From Christensenellales bacterium (GTDB lineage Bacteria > Bacillota > Clostridia > Christensenellales > Aristaeellaceae), in NCBI GenBank assembly GCA_040766135.1, contig JAXGRA010000012.1, forward strand, positions 9,744-73,743: 64,000 nucleotides of DNA, read 5' to 3'. Below, in pieces: positions 25,655-34,917 of the stretch. Below the pieces are notes generated by a model, which did not search any database, was not told the origin of the DNA, and saw only the letters and a program-made list of their open reading frames with translations. A program made the position numbers and the translations under genes. Each line of letters starts with the position of its first letter. Within the stretch, counting starts at the first letter, position 1.

Positions 25655-26234
25655 CGTAATGATCCGGGAGTGGAAAGCGCTGCTGTATGACCTGCGCATG
25701 ATGCTGCTTACCTTTGGCGCGCCGTTCCTGTTTTGGTTTTTCCTGCCGGGGTTTAACGGCGGCGCGTTCCCAGCGGTGCTGGTGGCCTATGTGCTGCTGG
25801 GGCTGTTTAACTCCAGGAGCGATGCACGGGTCATCCGCGCAGGCTTGACCCAATTCCCCGTAACGGCCAAAGACCATGTGGCCGGGCTGTTTTTGTATCA
25901 GGCTGTGGCGGTGCTGTTTACCGGCGCGGTGGCCGTGGCATTTATGCAGCTGGTGGGGCCGGAGCGGTTTATGGCCGATGTGCTGCCCAAGGCGCTGGGG
26001 GTGGGGCTATTGTTGACAGGCATACTTACGGTGCTGGGCCTGTGGCTGCCGCCGCAGGCAGCGCGCCTTGCCAGCATTTTGCTGATTGTCCTGTTCATGA
26101 ATTTTGCCATCTTTCAGGATGTTAGCCAAACTGTGTTTATGCCCTGGCTGAGCGTGCCGGCCACGCTGCTGCTGAGCGCAGGGGGCTGGGGTCTGTTTTT
26201 GCTGCTGGGGCTGCGTTTCCCGCCGCAGGTATGA
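25644..26234 (+). CDS. ABC-2-type membrane protein
   Basis: Overlaps the ATPase stop. About 5-6 hydrophobic helices. Operon position is typical of YtrA-type ABC modules. Confidence 0.55.
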   Translation: MAVNVMIREWKALLYDLRMMLLTFGAPFLFWFFLPGFNGGAFPAVLVAYVLLGLFNSRSDARVIRAGLTQFPVTAKDHVAGLFLYQAVAVLFTGAVAVAFMQLVGPERFMADVLPKALGVGLLLTGILTVLGLWLPPQAARLASILLIVLFMNFAIFQDVSQTVFMPWLSVPATLLLSAGGWGLFLLLGLRFPPQV

Positions 26235-26246
26235 AGGAGAAAAAAG

Positions 26247-26897
26247 ATGCTGAATTTGCTGCGCAAGGAATGGATGGTTTCGCGCTGGGTGCATATCATC
26301 GCGCTGCTGGTAGGCTTAGGGCTGGTTTTTGTCGCGAAAGCAGAGCCGCAGGCCGCACTGTTCATGGCGCTATTCACCAACCTGATGTACACACACCTGA
26401 TATCCAACATGACCCGCACATCAGCCATGAGCCGGCCGAACAACATGTTGCTCAACTCCCTGCCCGTAACACGCACGCAGATTGTCGTTGCAAAATACCT
26501 GTATGTTGTGCTGTGCGCCATACTGTTTGCACTGTATGTAAGCCTTTTGATGCTGGCGGCAACAGCCTTGGGCGTACCACTGGGCCTGCCGTTGTGGATG
26601 CTGTGGCTGATGTTGGCTGCCATGGGCATGCTGTACCATATGCTGCTGATGCCGCTATCCTACCTGGATGCCAAATACGGCGCCTGGGCCAGCATGGCTA
26701 TTTACCTGGCCATCCTCATCCTGCCCTCCCGCCTGGGCAAGGGCAAAGCCGGCGAGGTGTTAGCCTCGTTCTTTACACGCATCATGCCGTTGCTAGGTAA
26801 TTGGGGCATCCTTATCGCCCTGGTGCTAGGCATTGCGCTGCTGGTAGGGGCATCCATGCTCATCAGCATGCGCATCTACCGCCGGGCGGAGTTTTAA
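26247..26897 (+). CDS. ABC-2-type membrane protein
   Basis: GAAGGAG RBS. About 6 hydrophobic helices. Last gene of the module. Confidence 0.55.
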   Translation: MLNLLRKEWMVSRWVHIIALLVGLGLVFVAKAEPQAALFMALFTNLMYTHLISNMTRTSAMSRPNNMLLNSLPVTRTQIVVAKYLYVVLCAILFALYVSLLMLAATALGVPLGLPLWMLWLMLAAMGMLYHMLLMPLSYLDAKYGAWASMAIYLAILILPSRLGKGKAGEVLASFFTRIMPLLGNWGILIALVLGIALLVGASMLISMRIYRRAEF

Positions 26898-26903
26898 GAA
26901 TAA

Positions 26904-27626
26904 TCAATCCCCCACAATCAGCCGCCTGCGCACCAAATGCGTACAACACACAATGCACGCAGCTATTAACAGGCACATGGGTAGCAAGTCATGAACCGCA
27001 AAAGCAAAGCTGTGCGCCACAATGCGCGTAGAACGGGTAATTACACCATCCGTTGAGGTGACCAGCAAATAGCGTTCGCCCATTGCCTTTGCAACGGCTC
27101 GCAAGAGGTACTCCACACCGCTGATAACCGCAAACCATGCCAGTGTATACCGCACGGGATAGCGCCCGCCGGATATCAGATAAGCCATTGTCACGCTGGC
27201 CGATACCTTAACACATGTCAGCAACATAGAAAACGCCATCATGCCCCATATCAGGAGTCGATTGCCCCAGGAGATTTGCGCCAGCAGTTGACCCATGCTT
27301 TGCCCCTGCCATGCAACCATGCCCAACACGGTAAATGTGCTTAGCAACCCCCATAGCACCATGGCGCTGTAGCGTATCCCCATGTGCTGTTCCGGTGACA
27401 AGCTCGTTGAAAACGTCAGCCCAGCCTCCGCGCCATGCATGCTGCGCGCATAGCGGTATACCAGGATGCCGATCGCACCAAAGAACATTACATATACAAA
27501 CGGCATATCTGTCAGCAGTAATACCTGCAGCCTGGCCAGCAGCACCCACATCAACCCCAGAGCCACCCACCCTGCAAACAGGCGGCCAGTTTCTTTCATT
27601 TCATGATTCCACAATGAACGAAGCAT
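26904..27626 (-). CDS. polytopic membrane protein (putative permease partner of the 27626..28324 ATPase)
   Basis: TAATG overlap with the upstream ATPase gene. About 6-7 hydrophobic helices. Confidence 0.55.
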   Translation of the reverse strand: MLRSLWNHEMKETGRLFAGWVALGLMWVLLARLQVLLLTDMPFVYVMFFGAIGILVYRYARSMHGAEAGLTFSTSLSPEQHMGIRYSAMVLWGLLSTFTVLGMVAWQGQSMGQLLAQISWGNRLLIWGMMAFSMLLTCVKVSASVTMAYLISGGRYPVRYTLAWFAVISGVEYLLRAVAKAMGERYLLVTSTDGVITRSTRIVAHSFAFAVHDLLPMCLLIAACIVCCTHLVRRRLIVGD

Positions 27627-28324
27627 TACAGCACCTCCCGGATGATTTGTTCCAACGGCTTGCCATGTTGTGCCCGCAACACATCCGTTTGACCCTGGAG
27701 CACCACGCGCCCTTGTGCAAACACAATCACCTCATCCAACAGCGTTTCCATGTCCACCAGCTCGTGCGTAGCAATCAAAAACGTACGCTGCGGGGTCATC
27801 ATATCAATCAAAAGTTCACGCATCAGATGGCGTGTTTTGATGTCAATGCCGCTAAACGGCTCGTCCAGCAAATACACGCGGGCATCACGTGCCAACGTCA
27901 GCACAAACAGCGCCAGCGCACGCTTGCCGCGCGACAACCGCCCCAACACATCACCCTGTGATAAGCCCAGCGCTGGCAACTGCTGCAGAGCACCCGCTGT
28001 GTTATATCCGGGATAAAATCCTTCAAACAGTTGGGCTGTGCGGGCAATCGTCCAGCCCGGATTGTGCCACGGATTGCTGGATAGCAGGCATACATTGTGT
28101 TTTGATTTCCAGGTATCGGTCTGGCCGCAGATGGCAATTCGGCCTGTATACCCCTGCAGCATTCCTGCCGCAATTTTAAGCAGCGTGGTCTTGCCGCTGC
28201 CATTGGCGCCCAAAATGCCTACGGCCGTACCTGGTTGGATGGCGATATCCACCTGGTTGAGCGCTGCCTTGCCCCGATAGGCCATGCACAGGGCTTGTGT
28301 CTGTACCGAATACTCATTCCTCAT
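27626..28324 (-). CDS. ABC transporter ATP-binding protein
   Basis: Walker A GANGSGKTT, signature LSRGKRA, Walker B VYLLDEPFSGID. Confidence 0.9.
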   Translation of the reverse strand: MRNEYSVQTQALCMAYRGKAALNQVDIAIQPGTAVGILGANGSGKTTLLKIAAGMLQGYTGRIAICGQTDTWKSKHNVCLLSSNPWHNPGWTIARTAQLFEGFYPGYNTAGALQQLPALGLSQGDVLGRLSRGKRALALFVLTLARDARVYLLDEPFSGIDIKTRHLMRELLIDMMTPQRTFLIATHELVDMETLLDEVIVFAQGRVVLQGQTDVLRAQHGKPLEQIIREVL

Positions 28325-28685
28325 GGGATGTCAGTTCCTTTCTGATGGCGGCCTCAATCTCGGCTTGGGTGAAACGTTTGCCCAGCATGTCATGAAACAG
28401 GGTGCGCACGCTGTCGGCAAGGATGTCCTGCCGCAGTTGAGCCAAGCGGTCTGCCTGGGGAGTAACGTATTTGCCGGCTGTGCGTTCGGTATATATCAAT
28501 CCCTCTTCCTCCAACTGCTGCAGCGCACGCTGCAAGGTGTTGGGCGTTACCGAAAAAGCCACCGCCAGATCGCGAATGGAAGGCAGACGGTCACCCGCCT
28601 GATAGGTACCATCCACCAACTGCAGTTTAATGGCGTTGACCAGCTGGATGTAAAGCGGAATGTCCTGCCGGAACGGATAGGTCAT
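28314..28685 (-). CDS. GntR-family (YtrA-subfamily) transcriptional regulator
   Basis: PLYIQLVNAIKLQLVDGTYQAGDRLPSIRDLAVAFSVTPNTLQRALQQLEEEGLI. 123 aa. Overlaps the ATPase start. Confidence 0.85.
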   Translation of the reverse strand: MTYPFRQDIPLYIQLVNAIKLQLVDGTYQAGDRLPSIRDLAVAFSVTPNTLQRALQQLEEEGLIYTERTAGKYVTPQADRLAQLRQDILADSVRTLFHDMLGKRFTQAEIEAAIRKELTSHEE

Positions 28686-28947
28686 AATCGCTGCCTTTCT
28701 TGTATCACTGTATCAATCTATTGATACAATATGAGTATATTGATGTAGGCAGAAAAAGTCAAGTTTTGCCGTTGGGGCGTTCCTCTTATCAGGCTTCCAG
28801 ACAAGAAAAGCAAGGAATATCAATGGTTTTCATCAACATGTAAGGGATTTGTAAGGAAAGGGACAAAATCCTTACAGTTTTCAAGGGTGCTTCCTATAAT
28901 GCATTCAGAGCTTGCAATGCAAGCAATTCACGCAAGGAGAAGAACCC

Positions 28948-29895
28948 ATGAAAAAGTATTTTGCCACCATGTTGCTTGTAAGCATGCTGCTTGCCGCCCT
29001 CGTTCCCACTGTAGCCCTTGGCTCAGCGCCTGCTTCCGGCAGGCTGATGCTGTACTCTTCCCTGCCTGCCCCGCAGTTGGATCTGATGGTTGATATGTTC
29101 AACGAGAAGTATCCCAACATTACAGTGGACGTTTTTTCCGCCAGCAGCGCGGATGTGTTTGCCCGTGCACAGGCAGAGGCCGGCGCATCCGGCGGCCTGG
29201 TGCTGGGCGGCAGTTTAGAGTCGTTCCAATCGTTACAGCATCTGTTCACCGCATATACAACGGCCAACGCCCAGGATTTCCATGACCGGTATGCTGCTGA
29301 AAGCGCTGTTTTCACCCCCATCCGGCTGCATGTAAGCACGTTGATTGTCAACAGGGATTTGACCAATCAACTCGGCGTAAATATTACAGGTTGGGAATCG
29401 CTGAAGGATGAGCGGCTGTCCGGCCGGGTGGCGTACATGGATCCCGCTGCGAGCTCTCCGGTGAGCGAGCAGACCGCCTTTGTGACCAACTTTGCCGGAG
29501 CTATCAACATCACATCCCCATCCGCCCCTTCGTTTGTATTGAACGCGGTAATCGCAGGCCAGTACGCTGCAGGAATCGTCCATGAGGAGAAAGCAATTGA
29601 ATGTCAGATGTCCGGAGCTAATATTGATGTGGTCTACTCCACAGAAGGCGCGGCAATGGGCGCATCCTATGCCGGTATTCTGACCGGCACGCAGAATGAG
29701 GAAAACGCCAAGCTGTTCCTGGATTTCATCACCGGCAAGGAGTATCAGCAGGCCGCCGCAGATATCCTATACCAGCGTTCCGTGCGTTGCGATGTTGACT
29801 TTTGCCTGACAAAAATTGCACCGACAAAGAGCCTGAAAGCGCTGGACGCTAAGAGCATGGCGCTGCTGACCGGGTTGCAGACAGCCGCCAGGTGA
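28948..29895 (+). CDS. orphan ABC substrate-binding protein (Fe(III)/thiamine-type family-1 SBP-like)
   Basis: AAGGAGA precedes ATG 28948. Signal MKKYFATMLLVSMLLAALVPTVALG. LMLYSSLPAPQLDLMVDMFNEKYPNITVDVFSASSADVFARAQAE is typical of AfuA/FbpA-like SBPs. No permease or ATPase is adjacent. Confidence 0.65.
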   Translation: MKKYFATMLLVSMLLAALVPTVALGSAPASGRLMLYSSLPAPQLDLMVDMFNEKYPNITVDVFSASSADVFARAQAEAGASGGLVLGGSLESFQSLQHLFTAYTTANAQDFHDRYAAESAVFTPIRLHVSTLIVNRDLTNQLGVNITGWESLKDERLSGRVAYMDPAASSPVSEQTAFVTNFAGAINITSPSAPSFVLNAVIAGQYAAGIVHEEKAIECQMSGANIDVVYSTEGAAMGASYAGILTGTQNEENAKLFLDFITGKEYQQAAADILYQRSVRCDVDFCLTKIAPTKSLKALDAKSMALLTGLQTAAR

Positions 29896-29924
29896 AAGGC
29901 TATATCGAATAGACTATAACAGAT

Positions 29925-29961
29925 ACCGGACGCTGCGATTGGTTCGCCACGTCCGGTTTTG
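29925..29961 (+). terminator. rho-independent terminator
   Basis: ACCGGACG-loop-CGTCCGGT followed by TTTTG. Confidence 0.6.
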
Positions 29962-30043
29962 TATATCACAGAGTTTAATGGAGCGTTGGCACCATCAAAA
30001 CTTTGTTTTGCTTCGTTTTTATATATGCATCCACTTGTAATTA

Positions 30044-30757
30044 CTATTCCTGCACAAACACTAACTTTTCCTCCGCCGGGCCGGTCAAAGCAAGTGCGTT
30101 GCCCTGGCGCACGGGAGCATATCCATTTTGGCGCAGCAGCGCTTCGGTGGCGGCGGCGTCCTTAATATGAAACACTAGGTTGTCCAGCGTGCCGCGGCCA
30201 GGGGCCATGTCCTCCATCTCGATCACATCATCGCCCAGCCGGAATCTGCGGTCATTTTCCCGTACAAAGCCCAGCTCCTGCACAAAAATGCGCGCGGTAT
30301 CGGCTTGATGGTCGGCCGGGACGCACACGGTGATGTGGTCCAGTTTCTGAAAGGCCTCGGTGGCAAACGGCGTGCGGCGGATGTCCTCGGTGCGCTCCAC
30401 CAGTTCCAGCGTCAGGCCCGCGCCATTGTCAAAAAACGCCAGGCGGCCGTTGCCCGTGCCCGCCAGCTTGGGCGCCATGCTGAACGCATAGCCCTGCCCT
30501 AACAGTTTTTCGTACATGGCATCCAAATCCTTGCCCTTGAGCAAAAATGCCAGATGCGCATAGCCTTGGGCGGCGGCGTCCCGTGTTAAAATCAGCTCGA
30601 TCACGGTGTTGCCCATCTGTACATAGATAATGTGTCCCTTGCCGTCCAGCGACAGGGCATTCAAGATAACCTGCCCGCCCAGCGTGTCGCGGTACAGATG
30701 CAGCCCCTTGTCCAAATCCAGCATGCGCAGGCCCACGTGGTTGAGTTCCTTGATCAT
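30044..30757 (-). CDS. VOC-family (glyoxalase/bleomycin-resistance/dioxygenase) protein, two-domain
   Basis: MIKELNHVGLRMLDLDKGLHLYRDTLGG and a second module LDHITVCVPADHQADTARIFVQELGF. The start at ATG 30757 was chosen for its upstream GGGGGA. Confidence 0.7.
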   Translation of the reverse strand: MIKELNHVGLRMLDLDKGLHLYRDTLGGQVILNALSLDGKGHIIYVQMGNTVIELILTRDAAAQGYAHLAFLLKGKDLDAMYEKLLGQGYAFSMAPKLAGTGNGRLAFFDNGAGLTLELVERTEDIRRTPFATEAFQKLDHITVCVPADHQADTARIFVQELGFVRENDRRFRLGDDVIEMEDMAPGRGTLDNLVFHIKDAAATEALLRQNGYAPVRQGNALALTGPAEEKLVFVQE

Positions 30758-30886
30758 TGTATGTTCCCCCATGATGTTTTTTATTATTGTAGCATAAAAT
30801 GTTGTTTTTCTGCGCACAACGCGCCAAATATATCGTATAATAGGATATATAATCCCGTCATGCGCGGGCTACAGGGAGAACATAGT

Positions 30887-31687
30887 ATGAAAAAAACACG
30901 CTTCATGGTTGCAGTGGATTGTGAGGGTGTGGCCTGCGCGGTGGGCAAGCCGGGCGGCACGCTGAACGACAGCGACAACTACGCCTTTGTGCAGCAGCAG
31001 GCCACGCGCGAGGCGGACGCCGCGGCGCGCGCGCTGTTTAACGCCGGGGCCACGCAGGTCATCGTATGTGACTATCATCACAGCGGCATCAACTTGGACT
31101 ATATGCAGCTGGACATCCGCTGCGACATCCTGCTGGGCTCCGGGCACCGGGAGCGCCTGCCAACGGTAGACGATTCCTTCGGCGGCGTGCTGTTCATCGG
31201 CTATCACAGCCGCGACAACACGGCCAAAGCCGTGATGGCGCACACCTATTCCAGCATGACATACCAAAGCTACACCATCAACGGCGTGGAAGTGGGCGAG
31301 ATGGAGATCGACGCCGCCTATGCCGGGCAGTACGGTGTGCCCGTTATCTTTGCCGCCTCCGATGATATCACGGTGTCGCAGGCCAAGGCCGCCTTCCCCT
31401 GGGCTGAAACGGTCATCACCAAGCGCAGCCTGTCGCACAACTCCGCCCTGTCCAAGCATCCCAAGCGCGTGTGCGATGACATCTACAAGGGCGTCACCGC
31501 GGCCTGCGAGCGGCTGGACACCATGCAGCCATTTACGTTTGCGGAGCCGCTGGAGGTGGCCATCCGCTTCAAGCGCATAGATGCCGCACAAAACGCGCGC
31601 CTGTTTGACCGGCATGGCGAGCCGTTTGCATTAAGCGACCCCTTTACCCGCAGCGGCACCATTGCATCCATCCGCAATCTGTTGTAG
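30887..31687 (+). CDS. M55-family (DppA-like D-aminopeptidase) protein
   Basis: GGGAGA precedes ATG 30887. MKKTRFMVAVDCEGVACAVG...VIVCDYHHSG...LFIGYHSR... follows the M55 pattern. 266 aa. The track ORF from 30632 is an upstream extension. Confidence 0.65.
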   Translation: MKKTRFMVAVDCEGVACAVGKPGGTLNDSDNYAFVQQQATREADAAARALFNAGATQVIVCDYHHSGINLDYMQLDIRCDILLGSGHRERLPTVDDSFGGVLFIGYHSRDNTAKAVMAHTYSSMTYQSYTINGVEVGEMEIDAAYAGQYGVPVIFAASDDITVSQAKAAFPWAETVITKRSLSHNSALSKHPKRVCDDIYKGVTAACERLDTMQPFTFAEPLEVAIRFKRIDAAQNARLFDRHGEPFALSDPFTRSGTIASIRNLL

Positions 31688-31722
31688 GCTACCTATACAA
31701 TACATACATGAAAGGAACTGCC

Positions 31723-32790
31723 ATGAAACAACTCAACGTTGCCATCTTAGGCCAGGGCCGCAGCGGCCGCAGCATCCACGGGGACTATCTGATAACCGTA
31801 CCGCACAAGTACAAGGTTACCCACGTGGTAGAGCCCATCCCCGAGCGCCGGGACATCGCCAAGAACATGTTCGGCTGCGCGGTGCATGCCGATTATACCG
31901 AGCTGTTTGGCGCAACGGACATTGACTTTGTGGTCAACGCCACGCCCAGCCACCTGCACGTGCCCATCACGACCGACCTCATCCGCCACGGTTTCCACGT
32001 GCTGACCGAAAAGCCCTTCGCGCAGACCGCGCAGCAGGTGGACGACATGATCGCGCTGGCCGAAAAGCACGGCCGCATGTTAGCCATCTTCCAGCAATCG
32101 CGCTTTGCCCCGTACTTTGAGCAGGTCAAATCCGTCATCGCGTCCGGCGTGCTGGGGCGGCTGGTGCAAATCAGCGTTCAGTTTAACGGCTTTGCCCGCC
32201 GGTGGGATTGGCAGTGCTGCCAGGAATATGGCGGCGGCAACCTGTACAACACCGGCCCGCACCCGGTGGATCAGGCGCTGGACCTGATGAACTTGGGCGA
32301 TGTGGAGCCGCAGGTATTTTGCAAAATGGACCGCGCCAACACCTTTGGCGACGCCGAGGACTATGTCAAGCTCATCCTCACCGCACCCGACCGCCCGGTG
32401 ACCGATGTGGAAATTTCCTCCTGCGATGCGTATCCCACGTTCACCTACCGGCTGATGGGCACACAGGGCGGCCTGAAGGGCAACATGACGCAGATTGACT
32501 GGCGCTATTTCTTGCCTGCCGATGCACCCCAGCAGAAGCTGATCCGCACACCGCTGCGGGATGAGGCTTTCACCCCGCTGTATTGCTCCGAGAAGCTGTT
32601 CTGGTATGAGCAATCCTGGCACATTGGCGATGCGTCCACCTTCACGCTGGCCACCGGCCGCCTGTATGACACCGTGTATAACCACCTGACGCAGGGCACC
32701 CCGCTGGTGGTCACGCCGCAGCAGGTGCGCCGTCAAATCGCCGTCATGGAAGAAGCGCACCGGCAGAATCCGTTGTCTAGGTTGGGGTAA
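31723..32790 (+). CDS. Gfo/Idh/MocA-family oxidoreductase
   Basis: MKQLNVAILGQGRSGRSIH (Rossmann N-terminus), LTEKPFAQT (EKP motif). About 355 aa. ATG 31708 is an alternative start. Confidence 0.85.
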   Translation: MKQLNVAILGQGRSGRSIHGDYLITVPHKYKVTHVVEPIPERRDIAKNMFGCAVHADYTELFGATDIDFVVNATPSHLHVPITTDLIRHGFHVLTEKPFAQTAQQVDDMIALAEKHGRMLAIFQQSRFAPYFEQVKSVIASGVLGRLVQISVQFNGFARRWDWQCCQEYGGGNLYNTGPHPVDQALDLMNLGDVEPQVFCKMDRANTFGDAEDYVKLILTAPDRPVTDVEISSCDAYPTFTYRLMGTQGGLKGNMTQIDWRYFLPADAPQQKLIRTPLRDEAFTPLYCSEKLFWYEQSWHIGDASTFTLATGRLYDTVYNHLTQGTPLVVTPQQVRRQIAVMEEAHRQNPLSRLG

Positions 32791-33615
32791 AGTTCTTCGT
32801 TTTGCTTCCACCATATGCCATGTATTTACCTCCTTGGGTTGTACAGCAATGTCAATCAGAAAGGGGGTAAATATTATGTGCACCGCAGGATGGTGCAGGC
32901 TGCTCATGAATTAGCATCCTGTATGTGTAGCAACAGTCGGCTGCATGTCCCCCAGGCAACGGAGTACTGAAAACTTCTCCAATCATTTTACAAAACGTGT
33001 GAGAAAAATTATGGTTTAACAATCAGGTTAATTGACCAAGAGAAAACACTTAAAACATGTCTCAACAGCTGTCCGCTTGTCATTAAGCATCACCAGTATC
33101 TTGCAGGCTGCTATTGCATTTTCTCGATCAATCTTGGTAACCGGAATGTCTACATTTCCATTGATTATTAGTTCCGTTTTCATCTACCGCAAATCATTTA
33201 TGATGGTCTCATGCAGGATGTCCTTTATCATCTTTTGGTTTCCACGGGGTATTTCCTCTCTACCACGTATATTTCGCGTGTTACAACTGCGGTCGAATAT
33301 CCTTGGAAGTGCCATATGTTTGGTGATGAGGTATTTGCTTGTTGGACTCTAACAACACAAACCGAAAATCATATTCGTTAATGACCAATCGAAAAAAATC
33401 TTTAAAAGTTCCAACAACTCGCCTGTTTGGGAACATGAAATTTGCAAAAAATTTTGTTATCATTATTATGTAGCAAAAGCTACCACGAGGGGCATTCAGC
33501 CAGTATTTCGGCGGCAGCCGTAATATCATCTTTTGTTAAGTTGCTCGATACACCTCTCTGCATTATGGGGCACATATTTCTGCCGTAATGTATGATGCCG
33601 AAAGGAGGTGTTTTC

Positions 33616-33864
33616 GTGAAACGTGTAAAATCGGCGTGTATCTTTCAAACTCTGGTTTTTTCTCAGAAGCCCGAATGTGGGTTCAACAAAGAAGAGGTGC
33701 TTAAAAATAATCGCGATGAGTTCGAGTATTACAAGGCTACTCTCGAACGCTCAAAAATCAAACATCAGATTGATGATGTAGCCGAGCAGGAAGACGGTTC
33801 TCTCGTTGTCCGCGTTAGAAAGCAATACAACGTAAAAACCGATGTTTCTGAATACTTCAATTAA
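33616..33864 (+). CDS. small hypothetical protein in the AT-rich island
   Basis: AAAGGAGG precedes GTG 33616. 82 aa, charged. Followed by a strong terminator. No family recognised. Confidence 0.5.
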   Translation: MKRVKSACIFQTLVFSQKPECGFNKEEVLKNNRDEFEYYKATLERSKIKHQIDDVAEQEDGSLVVRVRKQYNVKTDVSEYFN

Positions 33865-33865
33865 A

Positions 33866-33908
33866 AAAAGGTCGCCCGATTGAATTTTTTCGGGCGACTT
33901 TTGTTTTT
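33866..33908 (+). terminator. rho-independent terminator
   Basis: GGTCGCCCGA-loop-TCGGGCGAC followed by TTTTGTTTTT. Confidence 0.8.
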
Positions 33909-33929
33909 GAAATACAGGAGATATTGATC

Positions 33930-34175
33930 ATGACTGCTGTGAATGAAATTAAGCGCAGAATTCAAAGGCTTTTCCACATGAATCCGACAATTCATATAGA
34001 TGTTTCTATAAACCGCCCAAAAGTAAGGATTACAAATCAAGAAGCAGTATTAAAAGGAGTTTATTCAAATGTTTTTCAAATAGAAACACAAGGAAAACTC
34101 TATACCATACAATACGTAGATGTCCTAACAAAAAACATCAAGATAGCCGAAATTCAAAAAGAAACTCTTATTTGA
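33930..34175 (+). CDS. Veg-like small protein (DUF1021-type)
   Basis: CAGGAG precedes ATG 33930. 81 aa. IKRRIQRL...NRPKVRITNQEAVLKGVYSNVFQIE...YTIQYVDVLTKNIKI parallels B. subtilis Veg ([23 protein letters not shown]...VSYSYADILTETVEL). Confidence 0.55.
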   Translation: MTAVNEIKRRIQRLFHMNPTIHIDVSINRPKVRITNQEAVLKGVYSNVFQIETQGKLYTIQYVDVLTKNIKIAEIQKETLI

Positions 34176-34508
34176 AGACCTTATAATTATTTTACTTAAG
34201 CAATAAATAGATACTCCAGTTTTAAAAGTTGGAAACACCGTCAGGATGATAGCATCCGTTATACCACTGGTCAAACAGTACCTAAGTGAGTGAAAGAAAG
34301 AACACGCAAAGGTCAGTTTGCCACAATCAATATACCATTCTTAAAAACACTTCGGAATCGCTGGGCTTCTGATGGGATGCGTTGGTAAGATCTGTGGGCG
34401 CACAACATTCGCATCGTTGAGGTCAGCCATTTGAATCCGCTATGCTGCACAGGTGCGCCTGTGCAGGGGATTTCCTTTCGTCCTGCACAGTCCCCCCCTG
34501 CCTTATCC

Positions 34509-34537
34509 TTGCAATTTCCCCCACTCTATGCTATCCT
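34509..34537 (+). promoter_or_regulatory. sigma-A-type promoter of the kdgF operon
   Basis: TTGCAA (34509-34514), 17-nt spacer, TATCCT (34532-34537). Confidence 0.5.
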
Positions 34538-34540
34538 ACC

Positions 34541-34557
34541 TGTAAGACAGCCTTACA
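34541..34557 (+). promoter_or_regulatory. palindromic candidate operator (GntR/FadR-type)
   Basis: TGTAAG-ACAGC-CTTACA lies immediately after the -10 and fits the T.GT...AC.A style of FadR-family sites. Confidence 0.45.
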
Positions 34558-34590
34558 CCTAAGGCAAAACAAACAGAGAGGAGGGAACGC

Positions 34591-34917
34591 ATGGCGAAGT
34601 TTCATATGGCCGATGAGGCCGCGTTTCAAGAGGTAGATCCGGGCGTGTTCCGGCGGGTGCGCACCCACACGGACAACCTGATGATGGTAGAGATCAAATT
34701 CAACAAAGATGCTGTGGGCAGCGAGCATACGCACCCGCACGAGCAGCAAACCTATATTCTGGAGGGGCGCTTCCGTTTCTCCAACGATGGAGAGACGCGC
34801 GAAGTGGGCCCCGGCGATACCATTTGCTTTGCGCCCAATGTGAAGCATGGCACGGTGTGCTTGGAAGCGGGACGCCTGATAGACGTATTCAGCCCTGCGC
34901 GCAAGGATTTCCTGTGA
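34591..34917 (+). CDS. kdgF: cupin KdgF (unsaturated-uronate processing protein)
   Basis: GAGGAGGGA RBS. 108 aa. DNLMMVEIKFNKDAVGSEHTHPHEQQTYILEGRF...GDTICFAPNVKHG...LEAGRLIDVFSPARKDFL follows the KdgF pattern. Located at the head of the kduI-kduD-eda-kdgK operon. Confidence 0.8.
   Translation: MAKFHMADEAAFQEVDPGVFRRVRTHTDNLMMVEIKFNKDAVGSEHTHPHEQQTYILEGRFRFSNDGETREVGPGDTICFAPNVKHGTVCLEAGRLIDVFSPARKDFL

Noticed and set aside
32876-32914. 12-codon Cys-containing mini-ORF (MCTAGWCRLLMN) after AAAGGGGG; possible RiPP or leader peptide.
   Set aside because: There are no maturation or transport genes nearby, it is too short, and nothing supports it beyond an SD-like motif at the edge of the AT-rich island.
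33032-33529. ORFs 33032..33352 (+) and 33281..33529 (-) in the AT-rich island, considered as real genes.
   Set aside because: Neither has a convincing RBS or family resemblance, the two overlap each other, and they are surrounded by short broken frames. They are treated as probable gene remnants and mentioned only in the island finding.
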